Shown: positions 1 through 14,478 of the stretch, piece by piece | Layout of the letters: each line of letters begins with the position of its first letter | How positions within the stretch are numbered: the first letter of the stretch is position 1 | NCBI RefSeq assembly: GCF_009914755.1 | Contig: NC_060931.1 | DNA: 64,000 nt | Source: the human T2T-CHM13v2.0 reference genome, Homo sapiens | Direction: 5' to 3' (one strand) | The notes under the pieces: model-generated | Database searches by the model: none | Told to the model about the DNA's origin: nothing | What the model saw: the letters and a program-made list of their open reading frames with translations, nothing else | Program-made: the position numbers and the translations under genes

Positions 1-672
1 CTGGCTTGACTCCTCACCTTCCACTGCACCCTCCAGCTCCATCTAGACCCTTTCCCTCAGCATGGCAGCTTCACCCACACATGTTTATTTAAAGCACAGG
101 CAAAGAATGCCAGTGGTAAGGCCAGAGGGCGGGCAGCTCAGCACGGCAGACCACAGATCCCTTCTCAGCCCAGGAAATGGCTCTGTGGCCCATATCAGCC
201 AGGAAAATGAAGGGTCACAGACGCCCTGCTGGGAGCTAAAGAGAAATGTGTGCAAATCTAAGGAGAAATGTGCAAGGCTCGTGCCTTCCCTGTGGTGTGT
301 GCCTGCTCTTTAATGAGAGTTGCATTCTCCTGAGGGAGACCCTGCGCAGGCCCTGCCCCACGTAACGGCTTTACACAAACTCTAAAAAGTCATCCCAGCC
401 ATGCATGGACCCAGGGATGCTGACACCATTCAGAAAATTGTATTGTGGAGGAAGGCAAGGATGAAACAAACAAGGCATGGAGGCTTCTGCTCTATAAAAC
501 TATGAGGTTCCCAGGAACATGACACAGTCCGTGCTACATCAGATCTGAGTATCAGGATCCAGCCGTATTTGACTTTTAGAGCTGCAATCTATACAGGCAT
601 ATTTGTGGCTACATAAACATAGATTATCAGAATGGAACTAAATATGCAGCTTTTAAATACAACCACACCAAA

Positions 673-729
673 GGGAACTTTGCAAATTACCGGGAACTTT
701 GCAAATTCCCAGGAACTTTGCAAATTACC
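673..729. repeat. 3 x 19-bp tandem repeat GGGAACTTTGCAAATTACC
   Basis: Copies start at 673, 692 and 711. Confidence 0.85.
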
Positions 730-1403
730 TCTCATCCTGAGAGGTGAGACAGAGCCAGCTCTGGGCTGTGGCTGGTCATCTCAACCCCAGGTGCCACAGG
801 CCATCTGGACACCACCTCTGCTGAGCACAAAGGTGGACGTGTCCCCAAAATAGCAGCTTTGCTCAGAATTCCAAACAGGGCCTCAGCTCAATGGTGAGAA
901 ATCTTAACTCGGACGGCAAACTTCCCGTCTGGGATCTGCAGGCTTCAACAACTGTCAAAGCACGGGAAAATCCCCAGGAAGAAAGTAAGCAAAGGCACGG
1001 TAGACGCCAAGGGTCCAGGAGTCGCCCTCTGTTACTTCATGACTCCAACTTACTTTCTACACACAAGACATAGAAACCATCTCATGCAAGCCCCCCAGGA
1101 ACCCTGGAGGCAGGCACTGTTCCCGTAGTTACCCGCACGTCTAGAGACTGTCCCACATCTCCAAACACAGATCTGCCTATTGTCTCTGCCAGATGCAGGA
1201 TATTCTGATGAGGAAACCGAGGCATGGAGCTTCTTAGGAACTTTCCACAGGTCACCTGACACTAAGCCCACAACACTGTCCTCTAAATATTTAGGACACC
1301 TATATTTTCCTTTGTGTCAGCCATTTCTCTCCCTTTAAAAATCTCTCCCTGAGATTATGGATAATTTTGATAACTTTGAGAATCAATAAAATTACTCTTT
1401 TTA

Positions 1404-1725
<322 letters not shown>

Positions 1726-1998
1726 AGAAGTGGCCAAGCTTTAGCTCCTGAGCAATTCCAGAAGAGACTCAGCCATCGAGCTGACTGTAGCCTCCCGAGG
1801 ACAAGCTTTGGGAAACAGGCCCCATAGCGGGCACTTGGCAGCCCCGGGCCAGGCATCCTGCCACAAGCACCGCACAAAAGGTACTCTGCAGGTGACTGGG
1901 CATTTAAAGGACTAGGGAGCCCTGGACACTTGAAACTGAAGTCCTTTCTCAATTTCTGAATTCCCTCCTCTAAAGGTCTCCATCCTGGATCTTGTTAG

Positions 1999-2384
<386 letters not shown>

Positions 2385-3306
2385 TAAAGTTTAAAAAATA
2401 AATAAATAAAAGTCTCCAAAGGAGAAAGGATTTTTCATTTTCTTCTTCATTTTTTCTGAAGGGGAGGAAGGTAAGGAGAACAGCTCCCTGTGCTTCTAAT
2501 TTAAGTATCTACATTTTCACAAGTCCCCATTAACATAGCCAATCCTTAACAAAGGCTAGAATGTGGGACTGATCAAACATTAGAGAAAGCCCCATTGCCC
2601 TCACGGGCCACCTGCCTGGCACACACCTGTGTGCACTTCCCACATATTTATGGTGTTTATCCCAGCGTTTGCTGGGCTGGAGAACTGGCCATTCTGTCAC
2701 TGTGACAAACAGGCCTGACGAGGCCAGCCGTGCCTGCGATTGCATTTTCCACTCTCCAAACAGAATCTATTAGACATGATGCAAGCAGAGATTATTTTTA
2801 GGAAGGCTTTTCATTACAGTGATGTGAAATGTCAAGGCTGAGACTCAGCAGGCTCTATGCAGACCTCCGGCTCCCACTCATTAAGTTCCTGCCACGTGCT
2901 ACGCCCAGGCTGGGCCCTGGACAACACAAGTAGGTCCCCAATTAACAGCCAAGTTAATTAACTGATTGGAAACACAGGGGAAAGCTGTCTTGGGCGGGGA
3001 CATGGCCCTCGAGGAGCAAGCGGACTGAAGGGGTACGGGCATCGTGCCGAAAGGGGTAGAGACAGCATGGTCAGGGACTCTGCAAGGGGAGAGAACATCA
3101 AGCCCAGTGAACACTGGGGGCTGCACCCCCCCACACCTGATGAGGGGCAGAGAAAACCAAATGGTGAACCCCCATCTCACCTCATCCCACCCTTCCTTGC
3201 TGCCCAGGTGTGCAAGATGGGGCACGGGCCATCCCAACTCCAAGTCTGGCCTGGACACAGAAATGACCAACGTGCTAACGACAGTCAGAAGCTGATGAGA
3301 CTCTTA

Positions 3307-3654
<348 letters not shown>

Positions 3655-4207
3655 CTAGCTCAACTTCCTCATTTCAAGAATGGGGAAACTGAGATGCAGA
3701 GAAAGGAGATGAACCGCCCAAGCTCACACACAATATAGCGAAGCCAAACTTTTATATGTCACTCCCAGAGGCGGTAGGAACATCACATGCTTCCTTTTGG
3801 AGACCTTGGTTTGGAGAAGAAAAAAAAAAAACAGCTTTTAGAGTAGATTTTCTTTTTTTGAACTACTGAGGAAATCTGCAGGAAAAGAGGGTCTTCAAAT
3901 ACTGGGGTAAATCATATGACTGACTTGTATTACACAAAGCTGAGATTTATAACAAATACTCTAAACAACTACTCCTGGAGCAAACAGCTTTCACCTATCA
4001 CACTTTACAGAAATATTCTTTAAAATAGTGGTTTCTATTTTTTTCTATCTTTTTAATTTCACAGACTAATAATCTTTTTTAACAAACTGGGGTAACCTAC
4101 ATGTAAAGTTGCCAAATCTTTATGTGTGTAACTAAAAATGTTTAAATAAAAAAAAAAACTTTCCTATCACACTTCTTTTAAAAATTACTAACATTAAAAA
4201 ATATTCC

Positions 4208-4491
4208 TCCAGGCACAGGATTACACCTGTAATCCCAACACTTCAGGAGGCTAAGGTGGGAGGAACACTTTAGCCCAGGAGTTTGAGGACAGTCTGGTCA
4301 ACATAGTGAGACCCCATCTCTACAAAAAATACAAAAATTAAGCAGGTGTGAGGGATTAGGCCTGTGGTCCCCGCTCCTGGGGAGGCTGAGACAGGAGAAT
4401 CACTGGAGCCCAAGGCATGGGAGGCTACAGTGAGCTGTGACTATTTGGCTGCACTCCAGCCTGGGCGACAGAGCAAGAATGTGTTTCAAAA
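4208..4491 (+). mobile_element. Diverged Alu (AluJ-like)
   Basis: Alu motifs (cctgtaatccc, gcactccagcctgggcgacagag) with many substitutions. Confidence 0.85.
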
Positions 4492-4599
4492 CACATATAA
4501 CTAACTGTACATGTATGTATGTGAAATCTCAGGAATTTAGGTATTTTAAGGGGAATACATCTGACAATAGGAATGCAGCGTTTCCACGGGTTGACTGGC

Positions 4600-6400
4600 G
4601 CTGGCCGTGCCCTGGAGGCTCCTGGCCCAGGGAGGCCCCGTGTCCCTGAGCGAACGCACCGGCTTTGGGTTGTAAACCAGGGAGTTTGGACTTAATTCCC
4701 AGAACTCAATCACCACTGAGCGACCTCGAAAAAGATCACGTGGGCCTCACAGGACGAGGGCCAGACCCAGATGCGCCCGCTTGGGCGGACGAGACTCCCT
4801 GACACCCTCCCCGGGACGTCACAGCGGAGGAAGGCTAGGAGCTCGCGCACGCCAGGCTGTGGGGCCGAGGGGTCCGGCTCTCAGGGTCCTGCTCTCAGGG
4901 TCCTGCTGGGCCCCTCACCAGGAAGAGGGGACACGGAGGCAGCAGCTCCCAGCGGCCTCGAGGGCGCCACTGACAGGAGCGCGGGGCACAAGGCTGCCCA
5001 ACAAGAACGCGGGGCGCGAGGCCGCCTAACTGACAGGAACGCGGGGCGCGAGGCCGCCTGACAGGAACGCGGGGCGCGAGGCCGCCTGACTGACAGGAAC
5101 GCGGGGCGCGAGGCCGCCTGACTGACAGGAACGCGGGGCGCGAGGCCGCCTGACTGACAGGAACGCGGGGCGCGAGGCCGCCTGACTGACAGGAACGCGG
5201 GGCGCGAGGCCGCCTGACTGACAGGAACGCGGGGCGCGAGGCCGCCTGACAGGAACTCGGGGCGCGAGGCCGCCTGACAGGAGCGCGGGGCGGCGCCCTC
5301 CCGGCCTCCCTCAGCCCCGCGCCCTGGCCAGCGGGTGCCGCTCGCAGACGGGGGAGCCCAGAGCCCACGCGCCAAGGCCGCCAGGCCTTTCCTCCCTCGC
5401 GTTCCCTCAGGCGCGTCCTCCACCCGTTTCCCCCAGGCAGGGGGAAGCCCCGAGAAGCCGCCGCGCCGGGCTGAGATCGGGCCCCAGGCTCTCCGCGGAG
5501 CCGTCTCCAACCCCTGCAGGCCGACCTGGGCAGCCAGGCGGGGAGCGCGCAGCCACAGCCCGCGTTTCCGGGCTCCGTGTCCTTCTGGAGGCCGCTCCTT
5601 GGCCATGGGCCCTCGGTCCTCGCCCTGAGCAGCGCGCCGGGGTATAAGGGACGCCCTCAGAGGCCTCCACCCCACACTCCACCGCGCTCTGCCAACCGGG
5701 ACAAGGTGTTTTGCTGAATAAATAAATTAATACATAATAAAGGCTGCGTCCAACCAGATGAGGACAGAACCGAGCGCCCTCCAGCACCCTCTCCCACCAT
5801 CCATCCTCACAGACGGACTCTGCACCGTGAGAAAGCGGCTTCGGCAGCTCCGACCCCTCAACTGACGCGTCTCCCCGTGGTGGGTCCCGATCCCCCGGCC
5901 GGCTCTGCCACTGAAGCCTCTCCCTGTGTCCTCCGTGCCCCCCGAGTGGCCTGCTAGCCCGCTCTCCCACACAGTCTCCTTGATGTGAAGTGTCACCCGG
6001 CTTGCTGCGGCGTGTCTCCGCCGTAACACGTGTATACCGGCTCAGCACGCGGCTGGGTACGGTTTGCAACGCCGAGAGCCCGCGGAGAAGCTTGAGCCTG
6101 TGAGCCCCCGTCTCCGACCACGGACTCACCGGGAAGCACCAAGGAGAACCGCCTCCTCAGGAACCCTGTGGAGCTCATGGCTTTTGTGACTGAGACTAAA
6201 AGCATCCATAAAAGCCCGACATTGTGGAAAGACACAAACGTGCATGGACCTGGTTACCTCTGGCCTTCCTCTGCTCAGAAGCCCACCCCTGCAGAGCAAA
6301 GCCCGGGTCCCGGATGGCAAAGCCATACGCAGGAGCCTTCCCAGCAGCCGCCGCCATGGCTGACGCACTGGCAGGAGCCGCACCGGACACTCCACCTAGT
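4600..6400. promoter_or_regulatory. Intronic CpG island
   Basis: Dense CpG and high GC over ~1.8 kb, including the VNTR at 4970-5290. Edges approximate. Confidence 0.75.
4970..5290. repeat. CpG-rich VNTR, 28/32-bp unit (TGAC)TGACAGGAACGCGGGGCGCGAGGCCGCC, ~9-10 copies
   Basis: Near-identical tandem units with degenerate end copies. Confidence 0.93.
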
Positions 6401-6523
6401 CCCTCTTCAGGTTTTAATCCATTCTGTTTTATTTCATTTGATTTTATTTCATTTTATTTCCAAGCCCTGTGGCAAGGCTTGGAATATTTTTTGTTTTTGT
6501 TTTTGCTTATTTTTTTTTAATTA

Positions 6524-6879
<356 letters not shown>

Positions 6880-6887
6880 CTATTTCT

Positions 6888-7090
6888 TTTTTTTTTTTTT
6901 TTTTTTTCTTTTGAGCAGGAGTGAAAGTATTAAAAAGCTTTAGAGCAGGAATGAAAGGAAGGAAAGTACACTTGGAAGAGGGTCAAGCAGGGGACTTGAG
7001 GGATCAAATGCGTGGTTTGACCTTTTGACTTGGGGTTTTATATGTTGGCATACTTCTGGGGTCTTGCGTTACTTCTCCCCTGATTCTTCA
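6888..7090 (-). mobile_element. Polyadenylated retrocopy of an ERV1-type LTR 3' fragment
   Basis: Poly(T) run joined to MER4-group LTR-like sequence (aaagtacacttggaagaggg..., ggggttttatatgttggcat); followed by TSD AAAAGCACCTATTTCT at 7091-7106. Family from memory. Confidence 0.6.
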
Positions 7091-10000
7091 AAAAGCACCT
7101 ATTTCTTAAGGATCCAAAAAAATAAAAACCAATTTCATTGCTGCTGTTTCCATTTCTTGGCAAAAATTAGGAAACACAACTAAATAAATATCCACGGAAT
7201 AAAATGGTGCATTTATTCACCAAAGTCTTATCACACGTGGAGATGAATAAGAACTTCCCGAGCCAAGAACAGTATATACAACATGGAAAATTCTCTAGAG
7301 TTATTAAGTGAATTAACCTCATGAAATTCTACTATAAGATAAGCACTAGGAATGCACTGGAAAGAGAAAGGTGCTAGTGAGCTTCTGGAAGCACAGAAGG
7401 TTCTGAAAGGCAGGGAAGGTTCTAGAAGGCAGAAAAGGTTCAGGAGCTTCTGGAAAGCAGGGAAGGTTCTGGAGGGCAGGGACTCTGTCTTGCTCGTGTT
7501 TGCAAGTCCAATGACTAGCACATAGTAGGTATTCAGTACAATGTTCTGAAAAGAGGTTTCTCTGTCTGGCTGTCTAGTTGGGTGGAAAACTGATCCTCTT
7601 CGTTCACAGTGAGATAGAGGAACCTGAAAAGGATAAACATATGAATTCCCCTCAAAATGTTGTTTTGTTTGGTACTGGGTAGTGATGTGAACAACTGTGG
7701 GGTTAACTTAAGGCTCTAGTTATGCTACCTCCTCCAGAGAAGATCCACTTTGCCCCATCTAGCGGCTGAGGATTCCAGCAGCCCTGACAGCCCTGACCCA
7801 CCAGGGCACTGAGCCAGCTCTGTGCCTACGAAGACAGCTGTCTGCTGAACCCTTTCTGGGTGCAGCCTGCTGGGTCCTAACTCGAGTCTCTGAGGCATAC
7901 CAGGGACCTCTGCCCAACAGCTCTCCGAGGCTCCTGATCAGGACCGGCTGACACCTCTGGAAAACACTGACCCTAAGTGCCACATCCCTACCCTTCTCCT
8001 GGGTCTCTGCCCTCTGACTCATCACTGTGATCCTTCATTATTTCATACATTTTGTCCAGATCTGTTTTTGGTGCCAGGGTCATTGACTCCCTTAGTCCAC
8101 CACTACTGGACACAGCACTCAGAGATCTTTGCCACTTAAATTGCTTTACACTTTGTTCTTCAGTAAAAAATTATTAAGCTGATATAGGAACAGCAGTTTC
8201 TAAATAAAGATGAGACTATAGTACATATTATCAGCCCACTGATTTTGCCAGTATAGTAAGCTTGCAAGTATGAGTTTATACTTTCTGAATGATTTACATT
8301 TTATTCCAACTAAATAAATAAATCTCACTCCATGACATTTTCTAAGCTGAGGAATAGTTGTTAATTCATTTTGAAATGTTCTTAGACTAAGAATCTAAAT
8401 TTAAAAGAGTAATTAGCATGATGCATGATGAATGGACAAGAGTCTTCTGAGGCACACAGTAATGTATTTCTTCCCTCATTTTACTTTTATAAAAATACTT
8501 AATGGGAATTAATGATCATCCTCTGGTACAGATGCCTCATCTGATCATCAACATTTCTTTGTATGTCACTAACACTATACCCAGCTAAACAATTCAAGAT
8601 GTTCAGAGAAATGGAGGGGGGATGGGAAAGGGAATCTGCTTCCTAGAAATGCAGAAAACATCAACTTTGGGTGCTGAGGAGGCCAGAATAGATTTTTAAA
8701 TAAAGTCAAACAATTTTCAGAAAAAGATTATGTTACTTGTGAAAAGTCATTCGTTGGTATCAATTTTAAAAATAAAGAGTCAGCATAGGGGTCTTCAATC
8801 CAATCCTAGAGTAGCAGAGCTAGAAGCGGTCTGGAGGAGTGACCACTTCTCCTTTCTGACTGCCAGTGCTCACCACAGCTTCATGTCTCTGGGGTTCTTT
8901 CCTTGAAAATCAACCAACCAAGAGCTCGGGTCTCTGTCCAGGAAGGTCAACAGCAAGTCACTCCCCATGCCTGGGTCTGAATGTCCTTATGTGGAAGTTA
9001 CTTATGAATCGATGAAACTGGACCAGAGACTCTTTTCCAGCTCTGAGAGTCTGTAATTGATGTATTCATTTATTCAGCAAAAATTACTGAACATATATAT
9101 TGACATATGCCCACTCTTAGATGTCCTAAAAATTAAGCTTGATATATGGGCTAATGCTGGAGCCCCACGAGACCCCACAGCAAATGGCCTCTTGGGATCT
9201 GGTGCCAGAAGAGTGGGCCCCCTTGTGTCATTCTCAAACTATGCTGCAATTTCCATGGGCCTGTGAAGAGATTTATGGATTAGGTGACCCATTTTAACTA
9301 TACGTAATCCAGAGATTTGAAAAGATTCTTAGAAAGGAATCGTGGATTGTTAATAAGACAAATACAAGAAAATCTGTACTTCCAATGGGAGCTCTTCTTT
9401 AGACACATTTTGAAGTGGAAAGCATCACAGTTAGACCCACAAGAAGGCAACCAGAAAGATTAAAAATCATCGTTCGGACTTTCTCAATTATAGATTTATG
9501 CATATTTTCAGTAGTGATGAGCACTGTTCTCAGCATATATTGTGCATCGAGACAGCAAATAACCATAGATTGAAGCTCTCCAGATTAGACACTTAAAAAC
9601 TAAGTATCTAAAATGTTATTAATCACATTAATAAAAATTTTAGTGAATACAAAGAAGTTTTTGTATCTTCAGCAAAATATTTTAATCATTAGTGATGTTT
9701 AATTTCTCATTCTCTTAAATTTGTTTTGAATTTTTTATTATAAACATACAATGAGTTCAGTAGAGCACATATATAACTTGTAAATAAGAATATGTATCCG
9801 GTAAATAAATGCACATTTCTGTTGGTGGCGCCATCAGACACTGAGACACTGAGAGGAGGGGCCACAAGGGGGATGAGGCAGAAGCCTCCTGCCAGTGAGG
9901 GCCCAAGAGCCCTGTCCAGGGCTTGGGCTTCCTTCCTAAGGTTAGATGTGGGGCAGCTCTGGCAGAAGAGTGATAGGATCAGATTTTCAGTTGTGGCAGT

Positions 10001-10789
10001 TACTCTAGCCAGAACTGGAAGGTGGCATGGAAGGGGCCAATACTTCTTTCTTTCTTTTAAAGTTTGTTCTGCCATAATTTAGGCCAAATTCTTCCTCTGC
10101 TACATGTGAGGACTGCATGCCCGGCAGCTTCCTCCACATGCATCAGGCTGCTGGACAGGCCTTGCTGGCACACTGGGTGGGTGGCTCCGTGGAGTGTCCT
10201 GCCTACTGCAGGATGTCGAACAACGTCCCTGTCCGCCATCCACCTAGTCCCAGCAGCAGAGGTGAGAGCCACTGATTTACACGGCAGAACTGGCCACCAC
10301 CAGACTACTCACCCTCTTCTCCTTCAGGCTGCAAATTAAAACAGACTTCCATCCTTTCTTCAAAGGACATATTTTTCTTCCCTTTTGTCATTTATTTTAC
10401 ACAGGAAAGTAGCATCTTTTAATAGTCTAGAAGAACTATTTCAACATTTGGAACATGCTAACAATATACCCACACATGGTAGAATCTTTCAAAATGAGGC
10501 TTTGATTTTGGAGTTCGTACTTATTTTATCTACAATCTTTGTCAAACATGTTATCTTATGTGAAATCACCTGTAACAATCTGGGACATTCTTTTTTTTCA
10601 TAGTGCTTGACTTACCCTGAATATCTGACGTTCTTTCAGAGTGCTATGAAAAATATTAAATCATTAAACAAATGTTATATATTATTTAAAAGTACCAATA
10701 AACCAAACACGTCACTTTTTAACATTTGCTATTGACTGATATTGTCAATAATGTAGTTGGCTAGCCCCATAAGATGGGTTTTACTTTTT

Positions 10790-11026
10790 ATCACTGCTCA
10801 CTGTAGCCTCAAACTCCTGGGCTCAAGTGATCCTCCTGTCTCAGCCTTCCAAATAAGTGAGACCACAGGTGTGTGCCACCAGGCCCAGCTAATTTTTTAC
10901 ATTTTTTGTAGAGATAGAGTCTCACTGTGTTGCCCAGGCTGGTCTCAAACTCTTGGCCTCAATCAGTCCTCCCACCTCAGCCTCCCAAAGTGCTTGGATT
11001 ACAGGCATGAGCCAATGTGCCCGGCC
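10790..11026 (-). mobile_element. Partial AluJ-like element
   Basis: Reverse Alu lacking its tail end. Confidence 0.88.
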
Positions 11027-12059
11027 AGGTTTTACATCTATATTTCAACCCCTCAGAACCTGTGGAGGATACAAGAGGCATAACTACATAAGTATCCAAA
11101 TTTTTCACACAGTTGCATGTTTTTATTTTCTCAGAAGGGCACTAAATCAACACATCTCTTGAGAACTACATCTTACTTCCCAAAGAGACAAAATAGTTAT
11201 AACCAATAATAATTTCAGTATTACTAGAAATTATAATAAAAATTTAAAAATAAGTAGATTGTTTTATAGAAAACTAAACCAAGAATCTAATCTTTATTTT
11301 TAAAAATATTTTCCACTTGAAAACATTTCCTTTTTCAAGTGATCAAAATGCTTCCTTCTTGTTAAGCTCACAGCAATGAAAAACTCATTTAAAAAATGTT
11401 CTCTGAGTTTGCAACATCCCCATTCCATATGCTGTCAATACTTTCCCCGCTGGAAGAGCCTGCCTCTTACCCCAAATAAGCAGCAAGCAGGAACTCCCAG
11501 GCCTGGGTGAGGTGTGTCCCCTGGTGTGGTCACTCAGACAGAGCTGTGTGTCTGCAAACACACCAAGTCACTCACAGCCAGGCACTGCCAGCCCGGGCTG
11601 CCTGCACAGCAACCCTGTCAGGCTCATGCAGAAGAAGCCGTTTTCAGACCACACTCGTTTTGCAAGAACGAACATCTCTGTAAAGTTCTGCTTCTGACGT
11701 CACAGTTTCTCTATTCCACACAACTCTGCCTCAAAGCCTTTTTTAAGCACATTCCAGGCACAAGTGTGAGCCAGAAAAAGGGCTGAAAACATGAGGGGCC
11801 CTCTCGGGACAAGCCCCGGGGCCCACAGCCTGCACCACCAGGGACATGGGGGCTGCTAAGGAGCCTCCCACCAGCACCTCTGCCTGCCTCTCCCGCAGAG
11901 GCCTCCGGGGAGTAACATGCTGCTGATCTGAGTGAACATAAGGAACAGGAACACACCACAAAGGTCCCACAGAAGCACAGCATGGGGAGCCATGGCTGAC
12001 AGCCAGTGGTCAAGACAGAGGTTCTGGAGCAAGATGGAAATGCACAGGGCATCTGGCTC

Positions 12060-12968
12060 CCAGTCCTGCCCGATGCCACAAACACCATGGGGCCTGCACA
12101 ACACTGAGAGCTCCCAAACACCACAAACAGCATGGGGCCTACACAACACTGAGGGCTCCCCACCCTGCCTGATGCCACAAACAACATGGGGCCTACACAA
12201 CACTGAGGGCTGCCCACCCTGCCTGATGCCACAGACAGCATGGGGCCTGCACAACACTGAGGGCTCCCCACCCTGCCTGATGCCACAAACAACATGGGGC
12301 CTACACAACACTGAGGGCTGCGCACCCTGCCTGATGCCACAGACAGCATGGGGCCTGCACAACACTGAGGGCTCCCCACCCTGCCTGATGCCACAAACAG
12401 CATGGGGCCTACACAACACTGAGGGCTGCCCACCCTGCCTGATGCCACAGACAGCATGGGGCCTACACAACACTGAGGGCTCCCAGCCCTCCTGAATGCC
12501 ACAGACAGCATGGGGCCTGCACAACACTGAGGGCTCCCCACCCTGCCTGATGCCACAGACAGCATGGGGCCTGCACAACACTGAGGGCTCCCAGCCCTCC
12601 TGAATGCCACAGACAGCATGGGGCCTGCACAACACTGAGGGCTCCCCACCCTGCCTGATGCCACAGACAGCATGGGGCCTGCACAACACTGAGGGCTGCC
12701 CACCCTGCCTGATGCCACAGACAGCATGGGGCCTGCACAACACTGAGGGCTCCCCACCCTGCCTGATGCCACAGACAACATGGGGCCTACACAACACTGA
12801 GGGCTGCCCACCCTGCCTGATGCCACAGACAGCATGGGGCCTGCACAACACTGAGGGCTCCCCACCCTGCCTGATGCCACAAACAGCATGGGGCCTGCAC
12901 AACACTGAGGGCTCCCAGCCCTCCCGAATGCCACAGACAGCATGGGGCCTGCACAACACTGTGGGCTC
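12060..12968. repeat. 54-bp VNTR, ~17 copies (ATGCCACAGACAGCATGGGGCCTGCACAACACTGAGGGCTCCCCACCCTGCCTG)
   Basis: Highly similar tandem units, giving 18-aa periodic translations in the ORF track. Confidence 0.95.
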
Positions 12969-13667
12969 CTAAGAAAGCCCAAACAGCAAAGTGAGCACTC
13001 ACCTTGTCTTCATTTCCTCTAAGAGGAAGACTGTTGTAACCTGATAAAACAGACAGATAAAGGATAGGATGTGACCACAGGAATGGGGTCCACCAGAGCC
13101 ACCGATCCCCAAGTATGGGATGTGATGACAGGGACAGGGCCCATCCAGGGCCCACAGGTCTCCCCTTGGACTCTGACACAATCCTAAGTGGATGGAGTAA
13201 GGGAAAGGGCCCTGTGCAAACTCTGAATAGTGCACTGGGCCCTAACACAGACCCTGCACTGCCCGGCCACCTCCCTCTCCCCTTGCCATCCCCACAGGCC
13301 AGGAAGATGGGCACAGCAAGACTGCCCACCCTTACCCTGCAGGCCAGAGGGCAAAGCAAGCCAGCCAGACACTCACCTCGCTTCAGAAGAGCAAAGGGAA
13401 CAACACCCACCCGGCAAGCTCGTTGACAAGACCAAAATTCAGGCACTTAAAAACAGTGCAACCTAGACATGCCAAGTATACTAAAAAACGTGCTCTGAAT
13501 TTTGCATTTATCAAATATTACATAATAAAACATTTTAAAAGAAAGTGTTTAGCATATCTAAAAAAAGTGTATGTACTATCTCTTTTTATTATACTTTCTA
13601 CTCAAACTTGTAAGAAATTTGTATGAATATTATTTAAGTCACCTTTTTTTTTTTTTGAGATTCCAGA

Positions 13668-13892
13668 GGCCAGGCATGGTGGCTCATGCCTATAATCTCA
13701 GCAGTTTGGGAGGACAAGGAAGGAGGATCACTTGAGTCCAGGAGTTCAAGCCAGGCATGGTGGCACATACCTGTAGTATCAGCTACTCAGGAGGCTGAGT
13801 GGGGAGAAACACTTGAGCCCAGGAGTTCAGGGCTGCAGTGAACTATGACTATGCCACTGCACTCCAGTCTGGGCTACAGAGCCAGACCCTGT
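13668..13892 (+). mobile_element. AluJ-like element with internal deletion
   Basis: Left arm joined directly to right arm without the A-rich linker; A tail present. Confidence 0.85.
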
Positions 13893-13914
13893 CTCTGTAA
13901 AAAAAAAAAAAATC

Positions 13915-14096
13915 ATAGATTCAAAGAGTACATGTATACGCAGGTTTGTTACGTGGGTGTATTGAGTGATGCCGACTGTTGGGTTTATGATGATCCTGTC
14001 ACCCAAACGAGGAACACAGTACTTGATAAGTAGTTTTTTGACCCTTGGCTCCTTCCTCCCTCCCTTCTTTAGGCATTCCCAGTGTCTATTGTTCCC
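13915..14096 (-). mobile_element. Old L1 (L1PB-like) 3' UTR fragment
   Basis: caggtttgttacgtgggt...gatcctgtcaccca...cccagtgtctattgttccc resembles a reverse L1 3' end. Confidence 0.65.
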
Positions 14097-14100
14097 TTAA

Positions 14101-14478
<378 letters not shown>

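Noticed and set aside
9818-9840. Possible CTCF motif (also at ~119-133)
   Set aside because: Only partial consensus match; not supportable without a scan or ChIP data.
12060-12968. CRISPR-like appearance of the tandem arrays (also 4970-5290 and 55609-55880)
   Set aside because: Head-to-tail units without unique spacers, in primate DNA with no cas genes.
11711-12982. 423- and 367-aa Cys-rich repeat ORFs (keratin-associated-protein-like)
   Set aside because: By-product of a 54-bp VNTR (a multiple of 3) open in several frames; no gene structure.
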